64,000 bases of DNA from assembly GCA_965198115.1 (NCBI GenBank), contig OZ240241.1, forward strand, positions 1,728,001 to 1,792,000, in the 5' to 3' direction. The first letter of the stretch is position 1, and every line of letters begins with the position of its first letter. Below, piece after piece: positions 1-10,211 of the stretch. This DNA is from Candidatus Latescibacterota bacterium (GTDB lineage: Bacteria; Latescibacterota; UBA2968). Position numbers and translations under genes: made by a program. Below the pieces are notes generated by a model. The model saw only the letters and a program-made list of their open reading frames with translations. It searched no databases and was not told the DNA's origin.

Positions 1-1101
1 CCGAACCCTGCCATTACTCCTTATGTTCGACAGGACGTTCGCGTTCCGACGAATTCGCACCTTGTGGAGACCCGTGAGGGCGTCCGCGGGCACAACAATC
101 TTTACGGTTTGTGAGGCCATGGCCGTGTTTCCATTGCCATCATCCGCGGTCCACGTCACCGTGGTCGATCCGATAGGCAGATGGCCCTCGATCGCCAGTT
201 CATCGAGATCGTTCTCTGGTGTCACATCACCTACACACGCGTCAGAGGCCGTCACGCCATCGATCGCCGCCTGAACATCCTCCACAGGAACACCGGACAG
301 AGACACAGCGTCCAACACCACCAGCTCGACCACTCCATCGAACGTCGGAGCGGTTTCGTCGACCACGTTGATCACGACGTAGCCAGGCTCCCCAACTTGC
401 GGCATCGGCGACTGGGCACCCTCTTCGTCTACGGCAACGACCTTGAAGATGTGGGCACCCAACCCCTCCACATAGACCGAGAACTCTGCACTTGTCCACG
501 GCACCGTGTTCAATGGGGTCCCGTCCTCTTCGAACCAGAAGTAGGTGAGATCTTCAGTCGCTGTCTGGTCATCTGTCGCCTGGACAGTCAGGACCACCTC
601 TTGGATGCCACCTGAGCACTCCACACTTTCCGGTACGATGACGTCCACAATAACCGGTGGTGCGTTTAAGTTGAAAATGAACGCCAGCCGCGTGATGCCG
701 TCCGCCGATGGGTCGCTCGAAAGGAGAGTGCCTGTCTCGGATTCGTAGACCGCGGTTTCGCCGAGGGTCGCCAGAACCGGATACGGACCGAACTGATTCC
801 CGGTGGTCGTTAGGTGCAATTCCGCAGTGATGGCATTCGGCCCTATTGGGAGATCTGTCAAAGAGAGCGGGAGCGGGGCGAGAATCCCCCCCGTCAGTTC
901 TCGCCCATCGGCTGCCGTCAGTTTTGCTTCAGCGACCCCAACCGGCATAGGATTGCCCAAGGCGTTCTGCGCCACGACCTCACCCGAAACAACCGAGAAC
1001 CTGAAATGAAACCTGGTTAACCCATCTGGGGACGCGCCGCCGCTGATGTTTTCTCCAGTCTCGGCGTTCATCACCCGCTTTTCATCAATTTCGATCGAGG
1101 G
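1..1101 (-). CDS. Frameshifted continuation of the large repeat surface protein: 12th repeat, Ig/PKD-like domain, HYR-like domain; runs off the window
   Basis: Manual translation from 1101 to 1 is open: ...AEAKLTAADGRELTGG...FGPYPV...ADGITRLAFIF (same repeat), then VVDETAPTF...VTASDAC...GSTTVTWTADDGNGNTAMASQTVKIV (HYR-like, ~93-363). Confidence 0.8.
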
Positions 1102-4100
1102 CCAAATTGGGGGCCAAAAACCGGACCTGATGCGAGGCGAACTTCCGCCGTTACGGTTCCTGCAGCCCCAATTGGGGCGTCTACAATCGTTGTCGGAAGC
1201 GTCACAAAAGCCCCAGCCGTAAGAGCACGACCATCGGCTGCCGTCAGCTTTGCCTCGGCCGAGCCTGAGGGAAGAACAGTGCCCTCCAAATCCTCTGCCG
1301 CTATAACGGCGCTCGTGATGGAGAACCTGAATCTGACCCTCGTTGACCCATCGGCGGTTACCGGATTCCCGAGGTTATCACCTGTTTCAGCTCTGACGAT
1401 CTGCTCTTTCCCAAGAGCTACTGCCACCGGATAGGGTCCGAACGCTGACCCGCCGACGAGCCGGACCTCTGCCGTGATCACACCGGGGCCGACGGGCATC
1501 TCGTTAACCGTCAATGGCAAAGGTGCAAAATCGGACGTCAGGGCCCGCCCGTCTGCCGCGACCAACCTCGCCTCGGCATTCCCGGCGACCAGGTCCACCG
1601 CCATAAAGTCCCCGGCGGAGACGATCGTCTGAATCGCGGAAAAACGGAAGGTCAGCGATGACGAGCCATCTGGACTCGGTGTGATGACAAGGTTGGCGCC
1701 GTCCTCCGCATCGATCCTGTAGTCCTTCCCGATCTGCGGGGAGATCGTATGCGGCCCAAACGACGATCCGCCGGCCAGCCTCACTTCTGCGATGAGCGCG
1801 TCGAGCCCAAATTGAGCGTCCGATACAGTCACGGGCAGTGAGACGAAGACACCACCCGTTAGGTCGCGGCCGTCTGCGGCAGTGAGTTTAGCCTCGGCGA
1901 TGCCCGCTCCGTAATCCGTTCCCGCGAGATCCTCGGCGGCAACCGTGAGTCCAGCCACGGGAAAACGAAAACGGATGTTCGTGGAGCCGTCTCCCGAGGC
2001 GGCGTTAGACAGGGTTTCCCCGGTCGCAGAATCGACGATCCGGGTGTTGCCTAGCTCGACACTGACAGGATATGGACCCGAGGCCGCCCCACCCGCCAGG
2101 CGGACCTCGACTGTCACCTGTTCTGGAACGACCGGCATGTGGTCGATGGTTAGCGGCAAAGATGCAAACAGACCGCCCGTGAGCTGTCGCCCATCGCTCG
2201 CTACGAGCCGCGCCTCCGCATCCCCCGGTGGCAGATCGATCCCATCGATGTCCTCGCCCTGAACGTTTGCCGGGGCTACAGCGAATCGTACGGTCACCAC
2301 CGTGGACCCGTCCGGGTTTGAAGTCACGGAGGAGCGGTTCCCGGTTTCGGCGTCTACCACCGTCGTCTCACCCGATTCCAAGGTCAGGCTGAAAGGTCCG
2401 AATGCTGAACCGCCAGCGATCCGATATTCACCTGAAACGGCGTCCTCGCCGACTGGAATCGCGGGAAGCACTGCCGGTAGATATAAAAGCCCCCCTGTGA
2501 GGTCACTACCGTCGGCGGCTGTCAGCCTGATTTCTCCCACACCGTCCGGAAGCGCGTTCATCGTGTGATCGACTGCGTTGAGGGTCGCTACCGTGGCTGG
2601 AAACACGAAAATGACGTACATCTCGCCATCTGGAGACTCGATGTTTCCAAGGCTCAGACCCGTCACGACATCAACGGTTCGGGTTTCCGCAAAGTCGACA
2701 AACACCGGAAAGGGTCCGAATACCGACGGGGCCCCAGCCAGCCTGGCTTCCACCGAAATCCCGTCGAGGCCCATCTGGGTATCGTCGATCGTGACTGGAA
2801 GACTGACGAAGTTCCCCCCGGTCAGGGCTCGCCCGTCCCCGGCCGTAATCCGAGCCTCGGTCACACCTGCAGGGAAGTCCGGGCCCCCCGCGCTTTGCCC
2901 CGTGAAGTGAACCCGACCAATGTCGAAACGGAAAGCCAGGTGAGTGAGTCCATCCGGCGATCCGGCGTTCTGTTCGGTTACGCCTGTGAAACTGTCGACC
3001 ACGCGAGTGTTACCGATCTCGACAGAAACGGGGTACGGCCCACTACCGCCAGTAAGACGCACCTCGGCAGTGATCACGTCCAATCCAACAGGGGCGTCCG
3101 GTATCGTTACGGGCAGAGAAACGAAGACCCCACCCGTAAGATCGCGACCGTCACTACCGACGAGTTTTGCCTCTGCCTTACCCGGCGCCAGCTCAGTCCC
3201 CACGAACTCCTGAGCAGCCACCCTCAACGACGTCGTGCTAAAGCGGAAAGCGAGTCGTGTCAGGCCGTCCGGCGACGCACCGTTTTCGAGGGTTCCACCC
3301 GTTTCGGTGTCCACGAGTCGCCTTTTGCCGATCTCGACGGAAATCGGGTAGGGTCCGAAACCCGTCGTGCCTGCAAGCCGCACTTCGACCAGAAGTACAC
3401 CAGCCCCGATGGGTGCGTTTGAAATGACCAGTGGCAAGGCCTCGAAATCGGTCGTGAGCGACTGGCCCCCGATTGTGAAGATGCGCGCTTCAGCATTGCC
3501 GGCTGGCAGTTCCGCCGCATCGATGTCCTCCGCCGTAACGGTCAGGGACACGATCGAAAAGCGGAAGATCACAGCCGTGTTTGCCGAACTGGAGTTCTGA
3601 AGTGTGACACCGGTTTCGGCGGCTACGATGCGCGTCTTAAGAGTTTGAACGGTCAGTGGATAAGGGCCGTACGAAGGACCATTGGCGAGGCGTACCTCCA
3701 CCGTGATGCCGTCTGTTTCGGTAGGAACGGCGGAGATATCGACTGGAAGTGACGCAAACCCATCCACGGTCGCGCCCGGCAGGCCACCGGTCAGGTCACG
3801 ACCATCATTTGCCGTCACCTTGACCTCGGCCTCCCCGGCGGGCAGGGCACTCTGCACAATGTCCTCGGCAGAAAGCGAGACGACGCCCAGAATCGGGAAT
3901 CGGAATATGGCGCGCACGGAGGCGGAGCTGGGATTGCTCAACGTACTCCCGGTAGGGGCATCGACGATCCGCGTTTTACCAGCCGCCAGGCTTATGGGGT
4001 AGGGTCCGAAGGCGGTTGCGACACCGCTGAGACGAACCTCGACCGTGACCGCGTCAGTGCCCAGGGGTACGGCCCCGATCGTAATGGGCATACCGACGAA

Positions 4101-4625
4101 GCCGCTCGTCAGCGCTCGACCGTCGTTCGCCGTGACCTTGACTTCCGAGAAGTCGGGCGCCAGTTCTGTCTGGAGCAGGTCCTCCGCCAGGAACTCGACC
4201 TGCGTAATCTGGAATCGAAACTTCAGGCCTGGCGTCCCTGAGCCTGGATTCGATATGGTGCTACCGTCGGCTGCGTGCACAGTCCGCGTCTTTCCCGCCT
4301 TGACTCCTACGTTATAAGGCCCAAAAGCCGACGCGGCGCCCGCCAGCCGCACTTCCGCTGTGATGGTGCCCGCCGGCACACCTGGCACGGTGATAGGCAA
4401 GTCGACGAACCCATCGGGATAAGCACCTGGAAGCCCAGCCGTCAGGTCGCTTCCGTCCGATGTCACGGTCAGCTTGGCTTGAGCAACGCCCGACGCCAGA
4501 GGGACCAGAGCCACGTCTTCAGCCGTTACATCCAGATCGAGGGCGAGAGCTGGACCAACGCCGAGCCCCAGAACTCCGATCGTGAGTAGTAAGAGCTTCC
4601 GCATCACTTTCCCTGTCATCATCAC
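1071..4625 (-). CDS. Secreted protein with 11 tandem ~106-aa repeats (putative adhesin/surface protein), frameshifted near 1100
   Basis: Signal peptide MRKLLLLTIGVLGLGVGPALA; recurring motif AED...AEAKLTAADGRxLT...LPxxI...EVRLAG...FGPYP...DG...FRF; AAGGA RBS upstream of GTG/ATG at ~4625. Confidence 0.8.
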   Translation of the reverse strand: MMMTGKVMRKLLLLTIGVLGLGVGPALALDLDVTAEDVALVPLASGVAQAKLTVTSDGSDLTAGLPGAYPDGFVDLPITVPGVPAGTITAEVRLAGAASAFGPYNVGVKAGKTRTVHAADGSTISNPGSGTPGLKFRFQITQVEFLAEDLLQTELAPDFSEVKVTANDGRALTSGFVGMPITIGAVPLGTDAVTVEVRLSGVATAFGPYPISLAAGKTRIVDAPTGSTLSNPSSASVRAIFRFPILGVVSLSAEDIVQSALPAGEAEVKVTANDGRDLTGGLPGATVDGFASLPVDISAVPTETDGITVEVRLANGPSYGPYPLTVQTLKTRIVAAETGVTLQNSSSANTAVIFRFSIVSLTVTAEDIDAAELPAGNAEARIFTIGGQSLTTDFEALPLVISNAPIGAGVLLVEVRLAGTTGFGPYPISVEIGKRRLVDTETGGTLENGASPDGLTRLAFRFSTTSLRVAAQEFVGTELAPGKAEAKLVGSDGRDLTGGVFVSLPVTIPDAPVGLDVITAEVRLTGGSGPYPVSVEIGNTRVVDSFTGVTEQNAGSPDGLTHLAFRFDIGRVHFTGQSAGGPDFPAGVTEARITAGDGRALTGGNFVSLPVTIDDTQMGLDGISVEARLAGAPSVFGPFPVFVDFAETRTVDVVTGLSLGNIESPDGEMYVIFVFPATVATLNAVDHTMNALPDGVGEIRLTAADGSDLTGGLLYLPAVLPAIPVGEDAVSGEYRIAGGSAFGPFSLTLESGETTVVDAETGNRSSVTSNPDGSTVVTVRFAVAPANVQGEDIDGIDLPPGDAEARLVASDGRQLTGGLFASLPLTIDHMPVVPEQVTVEVRLAGGAASGPYPVSVELGNTRIVDSATGETLSNAASGDGSTNIRFRFPVAGLTVAAEDLAGTDYGAGIAEAKLTAADGRDLTGGVFVSLPVTVSDAQFGLDALIAEVRLAGGSSFGPHTISPQIGKDYRIDAEDGANLVITPSPDGSSSLTFRFSAIQTIVSAGDFMAVDLVAGNAEARLVAADGRALTSDFAPLPLTVNEMPVGPGVITAEVRLVGGSAFGPYPVAVALGKEQIVRAETGDNLGNPVTADGSTRVRFRFSITSAVIAAEDLEGTVLPSGSAEAKLTAADGRALTAGAFVTLPTTIVDAPIGAAGTVTAEVRLASGPVFGPQFGPRSKLMKSG

Positions 4626-5042
4626 GTGGTTCCTTCGATTCACCATTGATTTCGAGTCTGACACTTTATCTCAAAGAGAGAGAATGCAAGTCGTATGCCA
4701 CGGCAAGTAAATGGACACAAACTTTTACATAACAGTAGGTTAACCACGTACATCGTGGCATTAGGATGATCCTCTGCGGATCGGTTTTTTGGCGCACCTC
4801 ATCCCGAAGCTGGTCGATTTGCGCCAATTCAAAGGGCCCCGGCATCGGCCTGCTGAATAACGGCCACACTCGGAGCCCGACATCGTCAGAAAACAGTGAC
4901 CTCTGCCCGACGCAAAGGGTTTGTCCTCTACTGACGGTGCAACTCTTTCGCACTTCTAATATTTAAATATCGGTCCAATCATCAGGAAGGCAAGTGATCC
5001 TTATCACACGGTACCGTTTATAATTAATGTTGCTAATCGCGA

Positions 5043-6560
5043 CTAATCTGCCGCGGCCACCTCTATCGACCGGCTTGCGCCCCGCCAGTGGGCAATGCGA
5101 GCGAGCAGATCCTGAAACAGAGACGTGGCGCCGACATAGAGGAAACCTGTACAAAACAGAAACAGAAAAAGGAGCGGGAAGTAGATCTCCTCGCGAACAC
5201 AGAAAAGGATGACGCCGCCCAGATAGATCCCGAGGATAATCTCCCCGATCGTACTGACATTCAGTCTCACCCCATACTGTTTGTTTCGCCACGTATCACG
5301 GCCCGTTGTGACGCTGAACTTTGGGGTTCGTTTGAATTCGGTCTGGCGTCCAAGAAGCGCGTCGATCACGCCGCGGGCGTTGTTGAGAGAAATACCCATG
5401 CCAAGCGCGAGGGTCCACGGGATGTACTTGAGACGAGAGGTCCAGTCCGAATAGATCTGCTTCTGTGAATGGATGTAGAACCTCGAGACGACGACGGTCG
5501 CGCTGGCAAACAGGGGAAGGTCCACCAACACGACTCGATACCAACCCATGTCCTGCCGGGACAGGACTGCGGGGAAAACAAGGATGGCCAGCAGGGCCAT
5601 TAACAGGTAGGACGTGTTCGCGCAGAGATGAACGACCGCCTCCGCCTTGACTTCGATCGACAGATCGCTCTTCAGTAGACGCGGGAGCAACTTTCTCGCC
5701 GTCTGAGTGGAGCCCTTTGCCCAGCGAAATTGCTGCGATTTCCAGGCGTTTGCCGTCACGGGCACTTCTGCCGGCGCCACGACCTGGGGTAGGTAGATGA
5801 ACTGCCATCCGACCATCTGGGCACGATAGCTGAGATCCAGATCCTCGGTCAGGGTATCGTGCTGCCAGCCGCCGGCTTCTTCGATGCACCGCCTTCGCCA
5901 GATCCCCGCCGTCCCGTTGAAATTGAAAAACAGGCCGGCCCTGCTTCGAGCACCGTGCTCCATCACAAAGTGCCCATCCAGGAAGATGGACTGGACCTTC
6001 GTCAACAGGGAGTAATCTCGGTTCAGATGGCCCCACCTGGCCTGAACCATGCCGACCTCCGGCCTACCGACGAAATGCGGGACCATTTCTCTGAGGAAGG
6101 AGGGTCTGGGCACGAAATCGGCATCGAAGACAGCCAACAGTTCGTGTTTGGCGTCGCTCATGCCCGCGGCGAGTGCGCCCGCCTTGTAGCCCAACCGATC
6201 GGTGCGATGCAGACAACGAATGTCTACCCCTTCCGATTGGAGTTCCGCAACTACGCGAACCGCAACCTCACTCGTCGAATCGATCGAATCGTCCAGCACC
6301 TGGATTTCCAGTCGGTCGCGGGGATAATCGAGCGCCGCGACGGCCCGGATGAGACGTTCGACCACGTAGCATTCGTTGTAAACGGGAAGTTGAACCGTGA
6401 CGCCAGGGAGGTTGGAATCAGGGCACCTTCGATCGGGCTGGCCACGGTCGCGATGCCTGAAATACAGCCACACGATCACGAATCGATGGAAGCTGAACGC
6501 CATCAACAGCGCCAGCGACAGCACGTAAACCGGCAGCAGAATGATCTGCCAAACTTCCAT
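5043..6560 (-). CDS. GT2 processive glycosyltransferase (cellulose/mannan synthase-like)
   Basis: QLPVYNE, DDS, YKAG, DADF, TEDLD and QQFRW (QxxRW) motifs; N- and C-terminal TM helices. Confidence 0.9.
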   Translation of the reverse strand: MEVWQIILLPVYVLSLALLMAFSFHRFVIVWLYFRHRDRGQPDRRCPDSNLPGVTVQLPVYNECYVVERLIRAVAALDYPRDRLEIQVLDDSIDSTSEVAVRVVAELQSEGVDIRCLHRTDRLGYKAGALAAGMSDAKHELLAVFDADFVPRPSFLREMVPHFVGRPEVGMVQARWGHLNRDYSLLTKVQSIFLDGHFVMEHGARSRAGLFFNFNGTAGIWRRRCIEEAGGWQHDTLTEDLDLSYRAQMVGWQFIYLPQVVAPAEVPVTANAWKSQQFRWAKGSTQTARKLLPRLLKSDLSIEVKAEAVVHLCANTSYLLMALLAILVFPAVLSRQDMGWYRVVLVDLPLFASATVVVSRFYIHSQKQIYSDWTSRLKYIPWTLALGMGISLNNARGVIDALLGRQTEFKRTPKFSVTTGRDTWRNKQYGVRLNVSTIGEIILGIYLGGVILFCVREEIYFPLLFLFLFCTGFLYVGATSLFQDLLARIAHWRGASRSIEVAAAD

Positions 6561-6610
6561 GAAAAACACACTCCAACGCACTGTCAGATTCTGCCCGGCC
6601 CGGAAGACCC

Positions 6611-6639
6611 AAATTAACCACCTGCACTACGAGGGTCAA
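6611..6639 (-). promoter_or_regulatory. Putative sigma70 promoter of the GT2 gene
   Basis: Minus strand TTGACC-17 nt-TAATTT about 50 nt upstream of the ATG. Confidence 0.45.
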
Positions 6640-6646
6640 GATAGAC

Positions 6647-6676
6647 AAAAAAACGCCCCACCTGACGATGGGGCGT
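6647..6676 (-). terminator. Rho-independent terminator after the cytochrome c gene
   Basis: ACGCCCCA/TGGGGCGT stem followed by a T-tract on the minus strand. Confidence 0.7.
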
Positions 6677-6704
6677 GACGAACCTACCGAGACTGTAGCA
6701 TCTG

Positions 6705-7409
6705 TCACAACTGGTAAACGTAGGCGATCACGTTCAGCATTTCTCGATCCGACAGTCTGTCTTTCGAAAACGGCGGCATCGCCAACCCCCTCAACCCGCG
6801 ATTCTCGATGCCACGAATCTTCTTCCCGATCTGATACCGGCTGAACCCATTCTTGATCAACGATGGGGCGGGACCGCTTCCGTCGTGAATGTGACAGATC
6901 TCGCACGACCGCCTGAACACGGCCGTCCCAAGGGTGGAATCCCCCAGCGTCAGCATGCGGTCCCCAGGGAGCGTTTCTGCCCGCATGGGCTCGACCGCCT
7001 TCGACTTCCCCTCCGGGGAGAGATCTTCGGATCGCAAGTACGCAGCGAGCTGCCGCACGCGATGAACTGGCGCCTCTACACCCGTGAGCGAGTCCTCGGT
7101 TCGATCGGTCAACCACCTCTCAAGACACGTTGCGACAGCGTCCTCGAGCGACCGCAGCGGCTTCCCGTCCCAAGCCTGAAACTGCGCCCGAAACCCAACG
7201 TTGTACATGGGATGCCCGGGCCGTACGTACTGATCCGGCGTCTTCTTTTCGTTGAAGTCCGCGTGGCAGTGCCAGCACGTCAGACCCGTCGCCGACCCGT
7301 CGCGGGAACGAAACTGCCGCTTGCCGGCAACAATGTCGGCGTCCTGCGCGAATCCGAAACCCGCCAGAAGTAGGCATCCAAACAGAAGTGCGAATCGCAG
7401 AAATTTCAT
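6705..7409 (-). CDS. Periplasmic diheme cytochrome c, TsdA/SoxA-like architecture
   Basis: Signal peptide; CWHCH and CEICH; SLEDAVATCLER with an extra Cys; GxxVFxxxCxxCHxxDGxG; MPPF. Confidence 0.75.
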   Translation of the reverse strand: MKFLRFALLFGCLLLAGFGFAQDADIVAGKRQFRSRDGSATGLTCWHCHADFNEKKTPDQYVRPGHPMYNVGFRAQFQAWDGKPLRSLEDAVATCLERWLTDRTEDSLTGVEAPVHRVRQLAAYLRSEDLSPEGKSKAVEPMRAETLPGDRMLTLGDSTLGTAVFRRSCEICHIHDGSGPAPSLIKNGFSRYQIGKKIRGIENRGLRGLAMPPFSKDRLSDREMLNVIAYVYQL

Positions 7410-7413
7410 TGAA

Positions 7414-9411
7414 TCAGCTCGCTGGCTCAACATCCCTCACGCATCTGAACCCCAGGTCCCTTCTCCGTCGTATCGCTCGTTCGTATCCACGCGTGGTGGC
7501 CCGCACACCCTCTTGGGGGCTGGCCCAACTTCCGCCGCGGATGACGCGTGCCTCCTGATTATCCGGCCTCACGGGGGTTGCCGTCCACTCCCAAACGTTG
7601 CCGCAGAGATCGTAAACCCCGTATTGACTCACTCCGCTCTCGAAAGCCGTCACTTCGGATGTGTCGTGAAGACCCAGCTCCAAATTATTGCAGTTTTGAC
7701 GATTGAACGCGTTGCCCCAGGAGAAAGTTCGCCCACTCGGTCCCCTGGCCGCCTTTTCCCACTCCTGCTCGGTCGGCAGCCGCTTCTTCGCCCACCTCGC
7801 ATAGGCGTCGCAGTCCTCGAGACTGACATTGACGACCGGGTGATCGGCCTTCTCTGCGGGATAGGCACCGTCACGCCAATGGGAGGGCACGTGTGCGTAG
7901 CCGGTCTCGTCCCTGAAACGTTGAAACTGCCTGTTCGTCACCGGATAGAGATCGATCTCGAACGCGTCGAGCGTAACGGCACGGCTCACGTCCCCCATCA
8001 GGAACTTCCCCTCCGGAACAGGGACCATACCCTCGGCAGTCTGAGAGGTCTGGACACGGTAGTCCGAGGACTGTGGACGTCTGGGCTGTGTCGAGACGCT
8101 CAGATGCGTGTAAACGGAGATCGACTCTTCGTCCGACGGGAACAACCTCCCTCGGCTCAGTAGACCGACCAGCCGGCGATCCTCCAAAAACTCACGCAGG
8201 TGCGGAGGAAGGTCCGTGTCTGGCACGCCGTCATCCTCCAGCCCGAGTTCTTTGATCGTATCCTGTACTTCGGCGATCAGAAGGGGTCTCTGCAGCGCGC
8301 GCTCCGAAAAGGCCTCGAACGAGAAGGAGATGATGATCCACTTGGCCAGCAGGTCCTCGTCCATCAGACCCTCGCGTAGGAATCCGCGTCGCTCCGCGAG
8401 ACTTCGCTGAATCGAGAAGGTATTCAGGAATCGCTTGACCGTCCTGGGGTTGGTCGAAACGGTCTCGGAGACGGTTTCAAGATAACGCAGGATGGGATGT
8501 TGCCCCACGTTGGCATCGAGCAATTCTTCCTTGATGAACCCCTGGATGTGCTCCGGACGGATCGGCGGCAGATTGAATTGCAGCTGGATGATTTTATCCA
8601 TGTAAGCGTGTTCGTCGAAGCCTTCGATCGCCTGGTATTGCGCCTTAACCGCCTTTTCCACGATTTCGCTGTCCATTCCGAGCACGAACACGCATCCCGG
8701 CCGATCCATGAACAGCTTGACCGTCTCGAGCACGCGGGCGACTCGATTGGGTTGGCACCGATCCAGGTCATCGATGAAGAACACGAGCGCACCGTCTGTG
8801 TCGGCGAAGGATTGACGCCCGGGTGTGGACCCCGTGATCGACCAGCTGATCAGGCGATCCAGAAACCGCTCGAACTCTCTCAACATCGGCAGGTTTCGCA
8901 GAAGAGACGCATCGTTCGTGACCAGATTCTTCAAATCCGGCGCGTCGGGACGTTGGACCAGATCGTCCAGAGAGTGCGCGATCCGCGACCAATCGAGTCC
9001 CCCGTCCGATCGGCGCATCTGCTCGAGTCGCTGCCGGGGGAAATCTTCGTCCATCATCTGCGAGACGATTTCCTCGACGAGTGCGACCAGAATCGCATTC
9101 TGCGTCGAATACTTCCACGCGTTGAACCAGACCGTTCTGCACGGTCGATACAGGTCGTCGCCGCCCGCTGTATCGACTTCCCGGGTGATATCCACGAGCA
9201 GCTCTCGGATCGATTGCATCAGCGACGTCTTGCCGCTACCCCACGCCCCGTCGATGGCAATCGCCAAAGGGGTCTGATTCGAGCGGTCGGCGATGATCTT
9301 GGCGAACGTCTCCGCGTAGACCGAGAACCCGAAGTGGTGAGCACGCTCGGCGGGCGAGTCGTTGTGGATCTGGATCCGGTCTGTTTCTTTGAGCTGTTCG
9401 ATCAAGGTCAA
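7414..9411 (-). CDS. KAP-family P-loop NTPase fused to a C-terminal FGE-sulfatase (FGS/CLec-fold) domain
   Basis: GAWGSGKTS, WFNAWKY, FIDDLDRC, YMDKIIQ, NPRTVKRFLN (KAP); PVTNRQF, RLPTEQEWEKAARG, GNVWEW, RGGSW, GFRCV (FGS); TTG start overlaps the upstream TGA. Confidence 0.9.
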   Translation of the reverse strand: MTLIEQLKETDRIQIHNDSPAERAHHFGFSVYAETFAKIIADRSNQTPLAIAIDGAWGSGKTSLMQSIRELLVDITREVDTAGGDDLYRPCRTVWFNAWKYSTQNAILVALVEEIVSQMMDEDFPRQRLEQMRRSDGGLDWSRIAHSLDDLVQRPDAPDLKNLVTNDASLLRNLPMLREFERFLDRLISWSITGSTPGRQSFADTDGALVFFIDDLDRCQPNRVARVLETVKLFMDRPGCVFVLGMDSEIVEKAVKAQYQAIEGFDEHAYMDKIIQLQFNLPPIRPEHIQGFIKEELLDANVGQHPILRYLETVSETVSTNPRTVKRFLNTFSIQRSLAERRGFLREGLMDEDLLAKWIIISFSFEAFSERALQRPLLIAEVQDTIKELGLEDDGVPDTDLPPHLREFLEDRRLVGLLSRGRLFPSDEESISVYTHLSVSTQPRRPQSSDYRVQTSQTAEGMVPVPEGKFLMGDVSRAVTLDAFEIDLYPVTNRQFQRFRDETGYAHVPSHWRDGAYPAEKADHPVVNVSLEDCDAYARWAKKRLPTEQEWEKAARGPSGRTFSWGNAFNRQNCNNLELGLHDTSEVTAFESGVSQYGVYDLCGNVWEWTATPVRPDNQEARVIRGGSWASPQEGVRATTRGYERAIRRRRDLGFRCVRDVEPAS

Positions 9412-10085
9412 CCTCGATGCCTGTAGGTCGTTTGGGTCGAAATGGGCACCCGCTCGGTCGCGGTCGTGACCGCCTGACCATCCTGGACGAAAATCGTGTA
9501 GGGCGGGCCACCCGCAACCTGCACCGTCATTTCCGCCCGTCCGCCCGAAAGGACGTGCGAAAACTTGCATCCGAATGTTTCGTTCGGACCGTCGTCATAG
9601 GCGATGGAAATCGGAATTTCGACCGACTTGAGATCATCGGTCGTGTGATTCTCGACCACGAGGGAGAGAAAGTCGTCCTTCTTTTGGTAGACGCGATCGA
9701 CAACGGCCAAACCGGCGAGCCGCCCCTCCTCCTCCAGCCCGTTCAGCCAGTTGAAGACATCGGCCAGGTGTCTTTCCGCTCGGAAGGGTCGGGCGGGGGA
9801 GAAACCGACCCGCAGGTCCGTTGCGTCCTCGGGCTCCTGCACGTCAGCGGGAGCGCTCGAAATCGTCGACACGAACCGATGGGTACCGTCGGCATCGATC
9901 TCGAGGACCCGTTGACAACCCCGCGCAAGAGCATGGCGGGTGGAGGGTCGGATGCGTTCCTCCTCGGTCGTTCCATTCAGGATGTTGTATATTGCACCCT
10001 TGGAGATACCACTGGCCTTTGAAACCTCCGCAACGGAGATACCCTGAGTCTGGATTTCTTGCTGAAGCAGGTCGCTGAACGTCAT
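9408..10085 (-). CDS. XRE-family HTH regulator with an uncharacterised beta-rich C-terminal domain
   Basis: ISVAEVSKASGISKGAIYNILNG HTH; GGGAGAGG RBS before ATG 10085. Confidence 0.75.
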   Translation of the reverse strand: MTFSDLLQQEIQTQGISVAEVSKASGISKGAIYNILNGTTEEERIRPSTRHALARGCQRVLEIDADGTHRFVSTISSAPADVQEPEDATDLRVGFSPARPFRAERHLADVFNWLNGLEEEGRLAGLAVVDRVYQKKDDFLSLVVENHTTDDLKSVEIPISIAYDDGPNETFGCKFSHVLSGGRAEMTVQVAGGPPYTIFVQDGQAVTTATERVPISTQTTYRHRG

Positions 10086-10181
10086 CGACACCTCTCCCTT
10101 GGGTCTATTGGGGTTTCCGTGCAATAATAAACAAATGTAGACGATCCGCCAACTGTTTTGTATAGTTTTGTCTATTTTTTC

Positions 10182-10211
10182 TTGACTTAAATCGACAGTC
10201 TTGCGTATATT
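10182..10211 (+). promoter_or_regulatory. Putative sigma70 promoter in the AT-rich divergent region
   Basis: TTGACT-18 nt-TATATT upstream of the ExeA-like gene. Confidence 0.45.

Noticed and set aside
4870-4945. GACGCAAAG resembling a c-di-GMP-I riboswitch
   Set aside because: Wrong strand for the downstream gene; no GGCAAA/GNRA stem or P3 consensus
7414-7560. FGS C-terminus as a DGR variable region
   Set aside because: No reverse transcriptase or template repeat seen in the window
7414-8030. FGS domain as the sulfatase-maturing FGE
   Set aside because: Lacks the catalytic Cys motif after RGGS and is fused to a KAP NTPase
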